A DNA stretch of 64,000 bases, taken from the NCBI RefSeq assembly GCF_016433145.1, contig NC_058130.1:140685372-140749371 (forward strand). Reading direction: 5' to 3'. The DNA comes from Gracilinanus agilis (taxonomy: Eukaryota). Position numbers and translations under genes: made by a program. Positions 40,801 through 55,800 of the stretch are shown here, one piece after another. Numbering within the stretch: position 1 is the first letter of the stretch; the number at the start of each line of letters is the position of its first letter. The notes under the pieces are model-generated. The model was given only the letters and a program-made list of their open reading frames with translations, was not told the DNA's origin and did not search any database.

Positions 40801-43800
40801 CAATACAACAGATAGCTCCAATGTTAGAACTTGTTTGGTGTTGTCTCTAAGTAAAAACTGAGAAAACAACAAAAAAAAAAAATGCCAAGAAGAATTGTGC
40901 TCTTTCCTAATGTCTTTTTTTTTTAAACCCTTATCTTCCATCTTAGAATCAATACTGTGTCTTGGTTCTAAGGCAGAAGAGTGGTAAGGGCTAGGCAATG
41001 GGGGGTTAAATGACTTGCCCAAGGTCACACAACTAAGTGTCTGAGGTCAAATTTGAACCCAGGACCTCCTGTCTCTAGGTCTGGTTCTCTAACCAATAAG
41101 CCACCTACCTGTTCCCCCCAGAGCCTTTTTGAATGAACAGGTGCAAGCTACTATTCAACTTTTCCTATTTTAATTAGATTTCTTGTAGCCCTTTTACTTT
41201 ATTATGAAGAAAAGATGTAATGGCTTATTTTATGGACATTTTTTTATCTGAAAGCAGAAAAACTTTTGCTTTAGTTATAAAGAAAGGAATACAGGATAAA
41301 TTATTTGGTTTGATTTTTCTTTCATTATACTCAGCTTCTGAACATCTAACTGTTTTCAGTTGTCTACATAAAATGCTTCTTTAAAAAAGTCTGAAGTCAG
41401 GATATAGGATGAAGAATAGGCAAACCAAAAAAAGAATCCCATTAGCATGAGGTATTATGGTAGCAAGATTGCTCAAGAAATAAAGGCAGAACACAAGAAT
41501 GACTCTAAGACATCTACAAGCAGTGCTCCAAAGAAAAACACAGGTTGGACTTAAACTCAACTAAAATTCCTTGAAAGATGAAGCAAGGGTTAAAAAAAGG
41601 TCAAAAATATTTTTTAAATGTAATGAGAATAGGGGCAGCTGGGTAGCTCAGTGGAGTGAGAGTCAGGCCTAGAGACAGGAGGTCCTAGGTTCAAACCCAG
41701 CCTCAGCCACTTCCCAGCTGTGTGACCCTTGGCAAGTCACTTGACCCCCATTGCCCACCCTTACCACTCTTCCACCTATGAGACAATACACCGAAATTAA
41801 GGGTTTAAAAAAAAAAGCAAAAAAACAAAAACAAAAAATGTAATGAGAATACTTGAGGACAAAATTGGAAAAGAAATTGGAGTAATGAAAGAAAGAATTT
41901 GAAAGGGAATTAACAGGTTAGCATAAGAGGTACAAAATCTTGCTCAAGCCACAAACTCCCTGAAAATTAGAATGGATCAAATAGAAGCTAAGGACTCCTT
42001 AAAATAAGAAATTGTAAACCAAGTCAAAGATTGAAAAAAAAAAAAAACAGAAAAAATAGAGGGTATCTCAAAGCAAAAACAACCAATCTAGAAAATAGAG
42101 GAAAAAAAATTTTTTTTAGAATAATTAGATTAGGGGGCAGCTGGATAGCTCAGTGGATTGAGAGCCAGGCCTAGAGACAGGAGTTATAGGTTCAAATCTG
42201 GCCTCAGACACTTCCCAGCTATGTAACTCTGGGCAAGTCACTTAACCCCCATCTAGCCCTTACTGCTCTTTTGCCTTGGAACCAATATACAATATTGATT
42301 CCAAGATAGAAGGTAAGGGTTTAAAAAAAATAATAATTGGATTATTTAAATACAATGATTAGTAAAAGAGCTTAGATATCCTATTTTAAGAAATCTTAAA
42401 AGAAAATTGCCCAGATCTCTTGGAAGTAGAGGGCAAAATGGCAACAGAAAGAATCCACCACTTGCTTCCTGAAAGAAACCCTTAAATGAAAACTACTAGG
42501 AACATCTAGAGCTTCCAAGTCAAAGAAAAAATACTGCAAAGTAGCCAGAAAGAAGAAATTCAAGCAATACTAAGGTGCCATAGTCAGGATCACATACTAT
42601 TTAGCAGCCACCATCATAAAGGAGCAGAGACCTTGGAATACAAAATTCTAGGTCAAGGATATAGGCTTACAATCAAGAATAAAAACCAGCAAAATTGAGT
42701 ATAATTAAACAGGGGAACAAACTGATATTTAATGAAATAGATGACTTCCAGAGATCATTGATGAAAATATCAGAACTACATAAAAACTCAAGTTCCAAAA
42801 GAGGAGTCAAGAGAAATATAAAAAGGCAAATCTGAAAGAACACCAACCATAAGGGTCTAAACAAGGTTAAACTTCCATTTTGATAATGGGAGATGATGTA
42901 TATGTCCCCTATGAACCAAATTTTCATCAAGAGTCAAAGAAGGCGTTTAATTGGCTGAAGGCCTAGGATTGTTTCAGTTATACCTTGATGATCTTAAGAA
43001 AAGAATGGAAAGAGAGGGAAGAAGAATACACTGTGGGGAAAGAGAAAGGAAAGTTAGGGGAAAGTATCTCACACAGAATGCACAAGTAGAAATCTAAACA
43101 AAGAAGGAGGAAGGGGGTGGGGTGGGGAACAGCTCACAATGAATCTCATTCTCAACTGAACTGGCCAATGGAGGGAACATACATATATTTTCCTTCCTTA
43201 TAGAGAGGACAGATTGAAGGATTAATCCGTAAGAAAAAACAATTCTTCCAAAAAAATTCATAGCTCTTTTTGAGGTGACAAAGAATGGGAATCTGAGAGA
43301 GTGCCCATAAACTGGGGAATGGATAAACAAATGATGATATATAAATGTGATGTAACACTATTGTGTTGAACTCTTATCTCTGTAATAACTAACCAGGATC
43401 TCAGAGGACTAACAATGAAACAACCTATCTATCTCCTGAAAGAGATGAAGTGCTCAGAATGAAGAATGAGACAAATATTTTTTGGATGTGGCCAAAGGGA
43501 AATTTGTTTTCATTATTGATTATTTGATTGATTGTTTCGATACATATTTGTAATGAGTTTTGTTTTTCTTGTGTTCTCAATTGGAAGTGGGAAGAGGGTG
43601 AGAAGATAGAGCTTAGCTGATTATAATAAAATGTTAAAGTTTATCCACATTGGTTTATTTATGGTTTTATTTTGGGGTTTTGGTTTTAGATGAATATTTT
43701 CTTACAACAGTAAGAAGTAAATTTAAAAAAAAGAATATACAAGTTAACAATTTTCTACACCAAAGGCGAAATAAGTACTGACAGTTCTGAAAAAATGTAT

Positions 43801-46800
43801 AAATAACTCCTATTTACCTAGTGCAGCAATGGAGAACCTATGACATGGGTGCCAAAGATGGTACACAAAGTGCTCTCTGTGGGCACTGGATCTCCCTCCC
43901 CATCCCTCAGGCAAAGCTGCTCCCCTCCCCCTCTCCCTCATGCCAGATGGCATTTTTCCCATCCCCCGCCCCAGCAGTCCAATGGAAGCACACAGGGGAT
44001 AAGGTGGGCAGCTCACAGGTGGCAGAGCTGGAAAGCTCAGGCCACTCCCCTCCCTCTCTCTACACTGGCTGAGGACATTCCTCACTTCACCCAACCGACC
44101 AATGGGAGCACTTCCTAAACTGTGTGGGATGGGGGGGAGGGGCATGGCAGGCAGTCTGAGGAATGGGGTGGGGACAGGGTCCAGCACTCTGTCTCTAAAA
44201 GGTTCACCATCACTGACCTAGTGTTCTATAGCTTACATAATACCACCAAGTGAGGCAGAAGGGGCATGTACTGGACCTTCCCTCTGACAAAAGAAGAAAG
44301 TGAGGCTGAGGCAGGCTGTGTGACTTGCCCAAGACTATCCAGATAATAGGTGATAAGAACAGAGATGAAGCCAAGATCACCTGGCTGTGATTCCAGGGCC
44401 GCTTTGACTCTGCCATATTTACACACACTTGGAGAGGTGAGCTCTGCATCAGCAGCCCCAGAGCCCTTCCCCACCCCCATCACAACCACTAGGGACAACA
44501 GGGAAAGCTGCCACTCAGTTCTGGCAGCCTGAGGGCTCTCATGAGCTTGCTGCCACCTGGGGTTGGACAGAAGTCCCACAGAAATCATGGGTTTCCAGTC
44601 TCTGATTCCCAAAGAAAACATGGGTGGCAACCCTTGCCTTTATCCCCCAAAGCTGGACCTCACCATCCACAGAGAAGGAGATGGCCGTCACTGGTACAGG
44701 GTGAGGGTGTATCTTCAGCTCCATCTCTGTCTGGGAAATGCTGAATACACGGATCGTGCCATCACTGTAGCCAGCCACCACTCGCTGGTGGTCAGTTCTG
44801 CCACTACTGGATGATGGATTCCAGGCCAGACACAAGCAACTCTAAGAGAAAGGGAAAGACATGGACAAGCTGCCCTGAGCTATCACTTCCCTCACTATGC
44901 AAACTCTGCTTCTGTTAATGCAGTCTAAGCTGCAGAGCTAGCTCTTCTGACCACCACATCACACTGTTTCACCTCACTTCTACAAAGAAGGCAAGGGGTT
45001 ATAATTTGCCAAACATGAAGAGATTCTCTGGTCTCTTTGCCATGTAAACTACTTTCTAGTAATCTTTCCCATTTTTACCTGTAGAGATAATCTTTCAGAA
45101 GTATATACACTTATAGTTACTCCTGTTAAATTTCATCGTTAGCTTCAACCCACCACTCCTCCCCCTATTTCAATCCCTTTAGGGAATCAATCTACTTGGG
45201 CTCCTGAAGAACAGAGAGATGAAGGGCCTCAGCTCCCCTTTCCCTTAAAAGGGCAGATGTGGGGCACAGAAAAAGCTCAGGAAGCACAATCCAGCCCAGG
45301 GCTCTAGTACCCTGGGATGAGGGATAGCCCCCAATAACCTTACTGACCCCTCAGACCCAAGGAGAAGAATGTTCCATGTGACTGGACATCACTTGGCTCT
45401 GTCCTCAGAATACCTGATTTAGCACCTGGAACTGCACCACCAGCTCCATGCTGGTCAAGGACCAGACCCGCACACTGCCATCCTCACCACAAGTGGCACA
45501 GTGGGACTCCTTGGGACTAAAGGTCACTTCATTCACCTGCAAGAGAAGGGAAGATAAATGCTAGCCTGGCTTAAGTGAGTCCTTTCTTTCACCCACCAGA
45601 GGGAAATTCAGGGCTACCACCAAAGATGAGATTGTTGTCATTCCAACAGGTAACTCATTATTCCTTGCTGTATTCCCTCCCTACCCACCATGCCCCATAC
45701 CTTTTAACAGCTTTGAGGCTAGTCAATCAATCACATTGAGGACACTATATCAGTAACCAAAGTGATAATAGCATTTTAATAGACACAGTACAAATACAGA
45801 TAAAATATAGCCTTTGATGATGAATGAGATATTTTTAAAGCATCCGAAGCTCCTCAAAGAAGTAAAGATGGATAAATTGCCCCAATCTGGCAACTTTCCC
45901 TTTGGAAAGCTTTTTTCCTGCAGTTCCAAAATGATGTAAAACCCCAATTTCCCAAGTTTCATGTCCCCTACATTTGAACAAAACATGATCAGACAGCATC
46001 CCAATACAGAATAAATCTATATGTAATCAGGTTGTGGGAAAGGCCATCTCATGCACTCTTGGCTGATCTGACATTAGCCATACACTAGTTTCTCTGCTGA
46101 CATGACCCATTAAGCCTACACAAGCACTCCCAGAGTACTGAGGTCTGACTGCTTCTGACTATTTACCTTGTTTTTGTGGCCACTGATCAGGCGGATATTG
46201 GTTTTCTCAGCCCAGTTGATATACCACAGGGTGCCTGCAGTTGTGCCCACAATGCCCATATCCATGCTATCATCAAAGCTGGCACTGACCACAGCACCAT
46301 CCAGAACCATCTCTTGCTCCATAAAGACAGAGCTGGACCTGAGGAACAACAAGAAGACTGGAAATTTGAAATTAGCAGGGGAAAAAAAAGGAATTGGGTA
46401 TGATAATGGGAAAAATGAAAGCAAGTAGTCTGAAGAGACTAAAGGAAATTATATTGGATATACTTCATACAGAGGTCGGATCAGTCAATGTCTCACTCAA
46501 AAAGTTTTAGTACGAAGCTCAATTTTCCTAACCTGGCATTCAAGGACCATATCCCTCCCCATTCCCACCCACTATGGACACTTCCCCTCTATTACTTAAT
46601 GCTTTGGCTACACTAGTTACTGACTACCTCCCTGCACATCCATCTTCCATGTACTCCAACTTGTGCCTTTGCTCCTGGTCCCTTTTAGGCCAGAATGTCC
46701 ACCCTTCCTATCTCTGCCTGCCAACATGCTAGTTCTCTCATTTGTCAGGAGCTGGCAGTGCTGCAGTATCCAAAGGAGTACTTTGTGCAGAGGAAGTATA

Positions 46801-49800
46801 GTTATTCTATACTCAAATCTTCACAAGCCTCTTAGGTCAGCATGTACCACATGGGTGGTATTTGGTCACTTTTTAGGTTGAGAGGCTAGCCAGGAAATGG
46901 AAGGATCATAAGAGTGTTTTGAGTCTAGGGAGCCTGGAGAGAGGAAGAGAATTACCAAGTGTTTAGAGAGTAGTACAGGAGTGATCAATGATGAGAGGAA
47001 ACAGTAAGAGACTAGAGAGTTGATTCAGGTCAGTGCTTAAAGGGCAGAGGCTCTGCCTTACCATATTTTTGTGTGTGTAATGAACTCCTTTGTCTTCTGG
47101 TGAAGCCTAAAGACCCTCTCTCAGAATCATGTGCATAAAATTAAATACTGAGGATTAGAAATATTATTAAAACAAGTTAACAGACCCTGGATCAAGAACC
47201 TCCGCTACAGGAACCACACACAAAGGGCCAAAAAACTATGCACACCCTTTGCCCCAGCAATATCACTACTGGTCTATATCTCAAAGAGATCAGAAGTAGG
47301 AAAAAGGACCTACCTATACCAAAATGTTTTCAGCAGCTCTTTTTGTAGTGGCAAAGAATTGGAAACTGAGGAGTTGTTTATCACTTGGGAAGTGGATGAA
47401 CAAGTTGTAGTATATGGTTGTAATGGAATACTATTGTGCCATAGGAAATGATGAACAGGAGTTCAGAAAAACCTAGAAAGACTTATATGAACTGATGTAA
47501 AGTGAAGTGAGCTGAACCAGGAGAGCAATGAATATGGTAACAGAAATATCATATGATGATCAACTGTGAAAAACCAAACCATTATCAGCAATGCAAGTTC
47601 TCAAAATATCCACAAGGGACCCAAGATGAAAAATGCTATCCATAGCCAAAGAAGGAACTATTGGAGTCTGATTACAGATCAAAGCATTCCATCTTCCACT
47701 TTATTTCCTTCATGAGTTTTTATTGTACATGTGATACATCTCTTCTATTAGGACATAAACAATATGAAATATATATTGCTAAAAGCACTGTAATAACCTG
47801 TGTCAGACTATTAACTACCTCAAAGAGGAAGGAAAGAGAGGGAGAGAGAAAATCTGAATCTTAAAACATCAGAAAACAATTCTCAAAAAATTGTTTCTAC
47901 ATGTAATTGAAAAAAAAAAAGTTAAAAAAAAAAAAAAGAACCTCTGCTACAGAAGAATGAATGGGTCCATGGTAATTCCAGCCAATGTATGAAGGAGAGT
48001 TAGAGGTGGCAGATATGAGTTGGAGAAAGAGGATATGAAGGTGTAGTAAGGCCAGCAGATGGGCCTTTAATAAGTTGTATCCTAGGGCTTTCCAGCCCAA
48101 TGCAGTCTCAAAGTAGATACCCTCCTCTAAATACCCTATATATCCTAGGGATGGGAAGTCCTGGGTTCAAATCTGTCCCCTGACACTTTCTAGCTGTGTG
48201 ACCCTGGGCAAGTCACTTAATCCCCATTGCCTAGCTCTTACCAGTCTTCTGCTTTGGAACCAATTCTAAGATGGCAGTGCAATATTGAGAAGCTATCAAA
48301 TCAGACAGTGGTTCAGTGGGTGGAGTACCAGGTCAGGAGTTGAGGTCAGATCTGACCTCAGACACTTACTAGCTATGTGACCCTGGATAAGTCATTTAAC
48401 TACTGCTTGCCTCAAGTTTCCTCAACTGTAAAATGAGGATAACAGCACCTTCCTCACAGGATTGTCATGAAGATCAAATGAGAAAATGTTTGTGAAGTAC
48501 TCAATATAGCACTTGGCACATATTAAGAGCCTTATCAATGTTCGCTATTATTATGATGATAATCTCATGCAATGTATGTTAATCGTGATATTACAAGATC
48601 TATTTTGGGAAGAGATTGACCATGTCAGGGGAGAGATACAGCACAGGAGTACGAGGTTCTTATGACAGTGAGAAGATACATTAAAGGATCAGCTGAAAAA
48701 CCACCTCTCCTCCATGAAGCTTTCCCTGATAACCTTGCTACAAAATAACCTCTCCTACAGCTGATATCTAAGCACTTTAGATTCTGTTTATGTAGTTACA
48801 ATATTCTAATTTGGTTTACTTTTATCTCTTTAGATATCTACTCACCATTACTAAAGTGTAAAATTCTCTAGGGCAGGAAGCATGCTTATTTATCTTTGTA
48901 TCTTCCAGCATCTAGCACAGCAAATTAAACAAAGTAGATGCTTACAAAATGTCTATGAAAGGAATTCTATTCCAAAGTATGGAACATAATGCAGAGAAGA
49001 GGACTAAGGCAGTTCCCTTAGCCAGCTAACCAGGCTTTAGTGATTGCCCTGGCTATGGCCACTTTGTGTACATGGATTTGTAGGGTTTCCAGGAAGTGGA
49101 GTTTGCTAGAACTGATGCAAAGCAGCTGCCTTTCAAAATACACTTGAATTTATGAGTGGGGGGGTCTTCTCCTAGGACAGTGATGACAAACCTTTTAAAG
49201 ACCACGTGCTGTGCCACCCCACCACCACCTTACCCCAGCCAGGGGAGGTTGAAAGGGAGAGGAGTGGCCTCAGCACCCTGCAGAGAGGCCTCTGCATGCC
49301 ATCTTGGCCCTAGGAAGTTCTATTGAAAAGGCTATCCTGAAGACTCTTTTAATTCCTAAATCCATAATTTATAGGTATACCTGCTGTACCTATTTTTGCT
49401 GCCTATAGAATGTAAGCTCCTAGAGGGAAAGCACTGTTTCATTTTTTTCTTGTATCCCTAGCGGAGTGCCTAGCACATAGTAGATACTTCAGTAAAGACT
49501 TGTAGATTGATCTGCTCTTCCAGAAGCAGAAATCAAAAGGATGAATATTCCCCAAAGCACCATCATTTTCTTTAAATCTACAATCACCAGAGTTAAAACA
49601 AAGAAACAGTCCTATACTCTTCATTGTTCTATTCTCTACTCTTCCCTCTTACCCTCTCAAAAAAATGATATGCTTTTCCTTAATTTGAATCCTATCACTA
49701 TAGTCCAATGGACTGCCTGGTCCCCTGGTTCCCACTCCCAAATATATCCTTCTATTTGCCAGGTCCCTATCAAAGGCTTGGATACAGAGGCTCCTTCCAC

Positions 49801-52800
49801 TCAAAGGCAAGGAATGGTGGGAGAATGGGAAGGGATCTTGATCCTGTCTCTAGATACTGAAGGTGAGACAATGTTATGCTCTCATACTATTTTTTAAAAA
49901 GAGCTACTATATGATAATACATACATAACCTAGATCAAATCACCTGTCAGCACCAAGAGGGAGAAGGGAAGGGAGGAAAATAAGTTTGCCATATAACTTG
50001 GGAAAATGTGTTAAGATGTTATTACTCTTCTTTTGGGCAAAAATAAAAAGATCTATTATAAATATTTTTTTGTAAATGGGGTTTATTTTCCTTTTTCTTT
50101 GCTCTCTTTGAAGCACAGGCTAGTCAAAAGCTAGGTCAAACTATTTAGTTATTATGGGGGCTGGAATAAGTCACAGTTCCAACACAGCATTAGTGTGCCA
50201 GTTTCCCAAAGCCCCTCAAACAAGTGTTATTTTCCTTTTTGGCATCTTTGCCAATTTGATAGGTGTGAAATGAAAAGTGTTGCTTTATTTGCATTTCTCT
50301 CATTAAAGCAATTTTTCACTGATTCTAATTTATGAGAAAAAGAATTCTCCAAGAATTAAATGGTTGAAGGATACAAACAGGTAGTTTAAAAAAAAATGAA
50401 ATCTATGAAATGAGATATCACCAACGTTGGCTCTGACAGTGTCTTTTCCAGTTCTACAACACTGGTTCTAGACTTAGAAACATAAGCAGACAATTATTCT
50501 TAGAGATGAGACATGATTTAATAGCCCTTCTCTACTAAAGAAGTAACACTAAATACTCTAGGAACTAAAGTGACAGTACAGTGTTTAGATCATTCTTATA
50601 TAGTAGACAACCTGAAGACAGAGTCTCAAGCTCTGAAATCGACAAATCAACTTCTCTTCCCCAGGAAGAAGCAGCTGGTAATGAGTATCTAGCTCTTAAC
50701 ATAGTGCCTGGCATGTAGTGATTAGTAAATAGTTACTGAATGAATGAATGAATGAATGAATGAATGAATGAATGAATGAATGAATATCCTGTGTGCCTGT
50801 CTCACCTTGCCCCAGAACCTTTCAGCCTCAGCTCTTGCACTGCTCCCACTGCCCAGAGGCGGATCCGTTTAGTATTACTGCCACTTATCAGCCGGTTTCC
50901 AGAACACAACAGCACACCTAGAACACGAGGAAAAAATGAATTAGTTTGCCTCAACTTGGGTCTTGAACTAGCCAAAGTACCATAAAATATCACTGTTAAA
51001 AGGGATGTCAGGATAAAGACTGGGAGGCTGGGGAGGATATAGAATAGAATATATCACAGTATATTTTTGGTGGAGCTGTAAACTGGCACAACTATTTTGG
51101 AAAGTAATTTAGAATTATTCAAATAAAGTGCCTAAAGTGTCCATACCCTTTGGACAACATGAAGATATTCCACTATTGGAGGTATAATGAAAGCCACTGA
51201 TAAGAAAAAAAAAGTCCCCATCTACTCCAAAATATTTATAACATTTTTTTTTTGTGATAGCAAAGAATTAGAAACAAAGTAGATGTCTATGAATTTTGGT
51301 GCCTAAATGTACAATGGACTATTACTGTGCTATAAGAAGTTATAAGTTTGGTAAATACAGAGAAGCATGAAAAGATGTATATAAACAGATGCAGAGTGAA
51401 GAAAGCAGAGCCAAGAAAAAAAATACACAATAACTACAACAATATAAATTGAAAGAATACCACCATACCAAAAAATCAAAAGTAAATGTAACAAAAATTA
51501 TAAAGATCAAATGGGACTCGAAGACACAGTCTACCCTTTCATAGAGGTGTGAGGTCTACAAGTGTTATACATTGCACATGTTTTGGGACTTTTTCAATGT
51601 GTTAATCATTTATGTTGATTTTCTTTCTTATTTAAAAAATACTCTTTGCTGTATGGGATGGCTCTCTGGGAAGGGGAGGTAAAAATTTACTAAAGATAAT
51701 TAAGATGATGGAAGAATCAGAAGACATAGAAAAAAAAAACCTATTTTTTAAAACTCTTACTTTCTATTTTAGAATTAATACTGTGTATTGGTCCCAAGGC
51801 AGAAGTATGGTAAGGACTTGGCAAGGGGGGTTAAGTGACTTGCCCAGGGTCCTACAGCAAGGAAGTGTCTGAGGTCAAATCTGAACCCAGATCTTTAGGT
51901 CCAAATCTCTATTCTTTGAACCACCTAGTCATCCATAAAAAAATTACTTTTAAAAAAAAGACAATATTAGAGTCTTTGTGCTGTGTTTTTTGCATTTTAT
52001 TTCACAACTTTTAGGCTATTTTTCATTTTACCTTTGTATCAGTAGAACCTAACAAAATGCTTTGCATGTAAGCATGTGTTTAATACACACTTGTTGAATT
52101 AAATTGAATGTGAGAGTTTGAAGGAACCTTGGGAATGACCTCTGGTAACTTTCTGGATTTGGCTATTCAGTCCCTATCCTGGAAGGCAGCCGCCCATGGA
52201 GATGCAACTCAGAAACTATCCTTGCATGGACTACAGCCATAGCTACTGAAGACCCAGAAAAGTTCTAGTCATCAAAGTCCTTGTCACCATTAAATGGCTC
52301 AACAGAAATAGGTGTGATTCAGGGCAAGCTAGATGGCTCAGTGGATAAAGAGCCAGGCCTGGAGACTGAGGTCCTAGGTTCAGATCTGACCTCAGACACT
52401 TCCTAGTTGTGTGACCCTGGGCAAGTCACTTAACCCCAAATGCCTAGTCCTTACCACTCTTCTGTCTTAAATTTAGTATTGATTCTAAAACAAAAGGTAA
52501 GGGGGTGGGGAAAGAATGACATAAGGATGGATGGAATGATGGAAGGAAGGAAGGAAGGAAGAGGGAAGGGGGGGGAGGGAGAGAAGGAGAGAGAGAAGGG
52601 AGAGAAGATGGTTCTATCAGTGGAAATGATACCAATCAGCTGCTTTACCAAAACCATACCCTCTGGGCCATAGAATCTTTCTGTTGAACTTGCTGCTAAA
52701 ACCTTCCACAGGTGGTGTTTCCTCCACAGATTGAGTTCCTTGAGAAGTGCTCCTACCAGTCTACTTTATTCAGTAGATTACATGCTTGGCATATAGTAAG

Positions 52801-55800
52801 CATTTCACAAATGCTTCTTTCATTACATTCATTTACTCAGAAACAAGGTCCATTTAATATCTGTAATGATCCCAGAATCAACTGAACAGAGTGGGAACTT
52901 TTCTTGTTCCCTATGGAATCATAACTAGATCAAAGCAGGTTTTGCAAAGGTATCTACTCACCAATCTCACCCTCATCAGCCTCCCAGGTCATAAAACATC
53001 GGGAGGTCCTTATGTCCCAGACGCAGATCTGACCAGTGTTGGTGCCACTGTAGAGTAAGGGAACGACACTGTAGCAAATTGATGTCAGTTCCACTGGTCC
53101 TATTTCATGAGGGACAGGAATTCTGTGGACCTGACACAAAGAAACATCAATTGATGTTATGGATTTTCGATGAGGTTTTATTGTAGGCATTTTATCAGAG
53201 AAGATGAATGCTGGTATTCACAACAAACCAGAAGAAATCAGGGGCAAACACCCCTCTATAATCAACCTGTAACCACAGGTTGTCCTCTGAATATCATAAG
53301 GTTGCCCTGAGTGAGCTCTCCCTGCCCTGTCAGAAAAGAAGGGGATAAAAGATTCAGAGATACCTGGAGGTTGATGTCAGCTCCCCGCTGCTTCATGAGC
53401 CAGAAGGTAATAGCTCCCTGGCCCACACAGGCAATTTCATTAGCACTGAAGGGGTTAAATGCCACATCATGAACTGGATCCATGAAACGGGTGGAAGACA
53501 TCAGTTCATAGGTGATGGCATTCCAGAGAGCAATGGTGCGGTCACTGTAATCCCCTGAAAGTCAGACATGTGTTAGACATTAAAGTCTCCAGTATATAAA
53601 CTCTTTGATGGAAGACAATGTTTTTTGGTTTGTTTTTGTAAACCTGGAGCCAATATGGTGACATGGTCAGAATGCACAGAGTAAACATTTAATAAATGCT
53701 TGTTGAATTGGGCTGGATGGTATCTAGAAGTTTTTAGTTTCCAAAAGATGGGCATTAAGTCATACTGTTTAGCATTAAAAGAACCTGTAACTCAAAGGAA
53801 GAACACATTTTAGGGGAGGCCCTCCCACAAATACAATTTTTTCTCAGCCCACCCTTACCCTTTAAGAGATAATCAAGGAATGAAAGCAACCTTTTTTGAT
53901 CATTTCTAAGGATATAACTTTGTATTTGCCTTGGCCAAATGACGAAAGGCAAACAGTTGGGTTTGAACTCCAAATTCCCATGCTACTAACCCAAAGAGAT
54001 GAAAAGATGATTATCATGGGAGTATGCCATAGCTTGCACCTCAGTTTCATGATGAAACAGAACCTTTTGGCAAGTGCCCCCTGGCACATCCCAAATTCGG
54101 ATTTGACAACGAGAGCTCTCATCCCCCCGGCCAGAGGCAGAGGCAAGGATCTAGAAGAGACAAAAAAACAAAAAAGTTGTCACAGCAATGATTTGATAGA
54201 CCAAAATCTTCTTTGTCCAAGAAGTTTCAGACTTCAAAAGGTATAATGCCAGGCCACAAATACAGACACACACACAAACACAAACACAAACACAAACACA
54301 TACACTCTCTCTCTTGAATTCATATTGTTATATATGTTCATGGGAATACAAAAGTAATAGAGATTTTAACCCAAAATTACTCTATAAATGGATAATGGCA
54401 CCAATTCCATTATCTCTAATTAGTCCAAATGAATAGTCCAAAAATACTATCTGCAAAAAAAACCCTAAAATACCTTGCTAGTTGGAAGCAAAATTTACTG
54501 ATTTGAGATTTGCCTCCTCATCCTCTCTCTGGTAAATGTACTCATTAGGAACAAAATAAATGTGATGGATAGGAAAGAAAAACAAAGGCCCAGGATAATA
54601 ACATTTACATAAATAAGAGTAGAAGATGTACAATGAAAAAGGAAAGTGTACAGTTGACTGACCTGAAAGAATTCTAATTCTAACCCTATCCTTTCATGGT
54701 GTCCAACCAATTTCCCTACAGTACCTAGGTAGAGATATAGGCCTCTGGTGGGAAAAAGAGGTTGTATGTAGCCTGAAACCTAAATCAGAACTTTCTACAG
54801 GCTAAATTTTATAGAAACTGGATCTCTCAGATAGGCTGAGAATGGGGTGGTAGTTTCCACAAACATAAGTGTATAAACAATCTCTTGCAAGAAGGGAGCT
54901 GATCTTTAATCAAATAATCAATAAATATTTATTAAGGCCTTAATATGTGCCACGCACTGTGCTAAATGTTGAGGCTACAAGTAAAAAAGATTTTTCTTTG
55001 AAATGAACTTAAATTTTAATGAGACAATGAGCACATATGAAAATGTGTAAAACAAATATAAAATTAATAAATTCAATTATGGAAATATGTGTGTGGGAAT
55101 ACACACACACACATACACACACACACACTCAAAGTTGGGAGGATAAGGAAAGGCTTCATTCGGTAGATGGTGATTGAGTTGCTTCTTAAAGAAGGGGATT
55201 CTTAGATAAGGAGGGAGGCTATTTCAGGAAGATGAGAGATGGCAGGTCATGAGTGAAGAAAAGAAAGGTCAGTTTGGCTGAGCTAGAGTACTGGAAGGTG
55301 GTACAACAAAGTTGGAAAGATAGTCAGGCCAGGTTGTATAGGGCTCTAAAAGCTAGACAGAAGGGTTTATATTTTATCCTAGAGATAGCTGGAAGGTGGT
55401 TGATTAGGTCATAATTGCACTTAGGGAAAATTACTTTGGCAGCAGTGAGTAGGAAGGATTGAAGTAGGGAGACATATGAAGCAAGAAGACCAATTAGAAA
55501 GCTATTGCAGTAACCTAGATAACAGATGATGAGGGCTTAACTAAAGCAAAGCTATGTAAATGGAAAGAAGGGATCAAATGTGAGAAATGTTGGCAATTGA
55601 TTCAATTTACAAACCTGAGATACCAGAAGGATGATGGTTCCTTTGACAGAAATAGGGAAGTTTAGAAGAAAAGAGGGTTTAGAAGGAAAGATAATGAGTT
55701 GCTTTAGACATATTGAATTTAAGATATTCAATTTGAAGTGGTAAAATTGGCAACTAATGATCTGGGACTCAAATACAGATGAGAGATAAGGGCTAACTAA

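Larger units (their letters stand above)
41440..43560 (+). mobile_element. Decayed L1-derived element with ORF1 but no ORF2 (HAL1-like), interrupted by two SINEs
   Basis: Broken ORF1p-like translation (NLENR..RIIGL..EILKENCPDL..KEKILQ..RIT..LAA..PAKLSII) followed within about 0.7 kb by an L1-type 3' end. Boundaries approximate. Confidence 0.65.
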
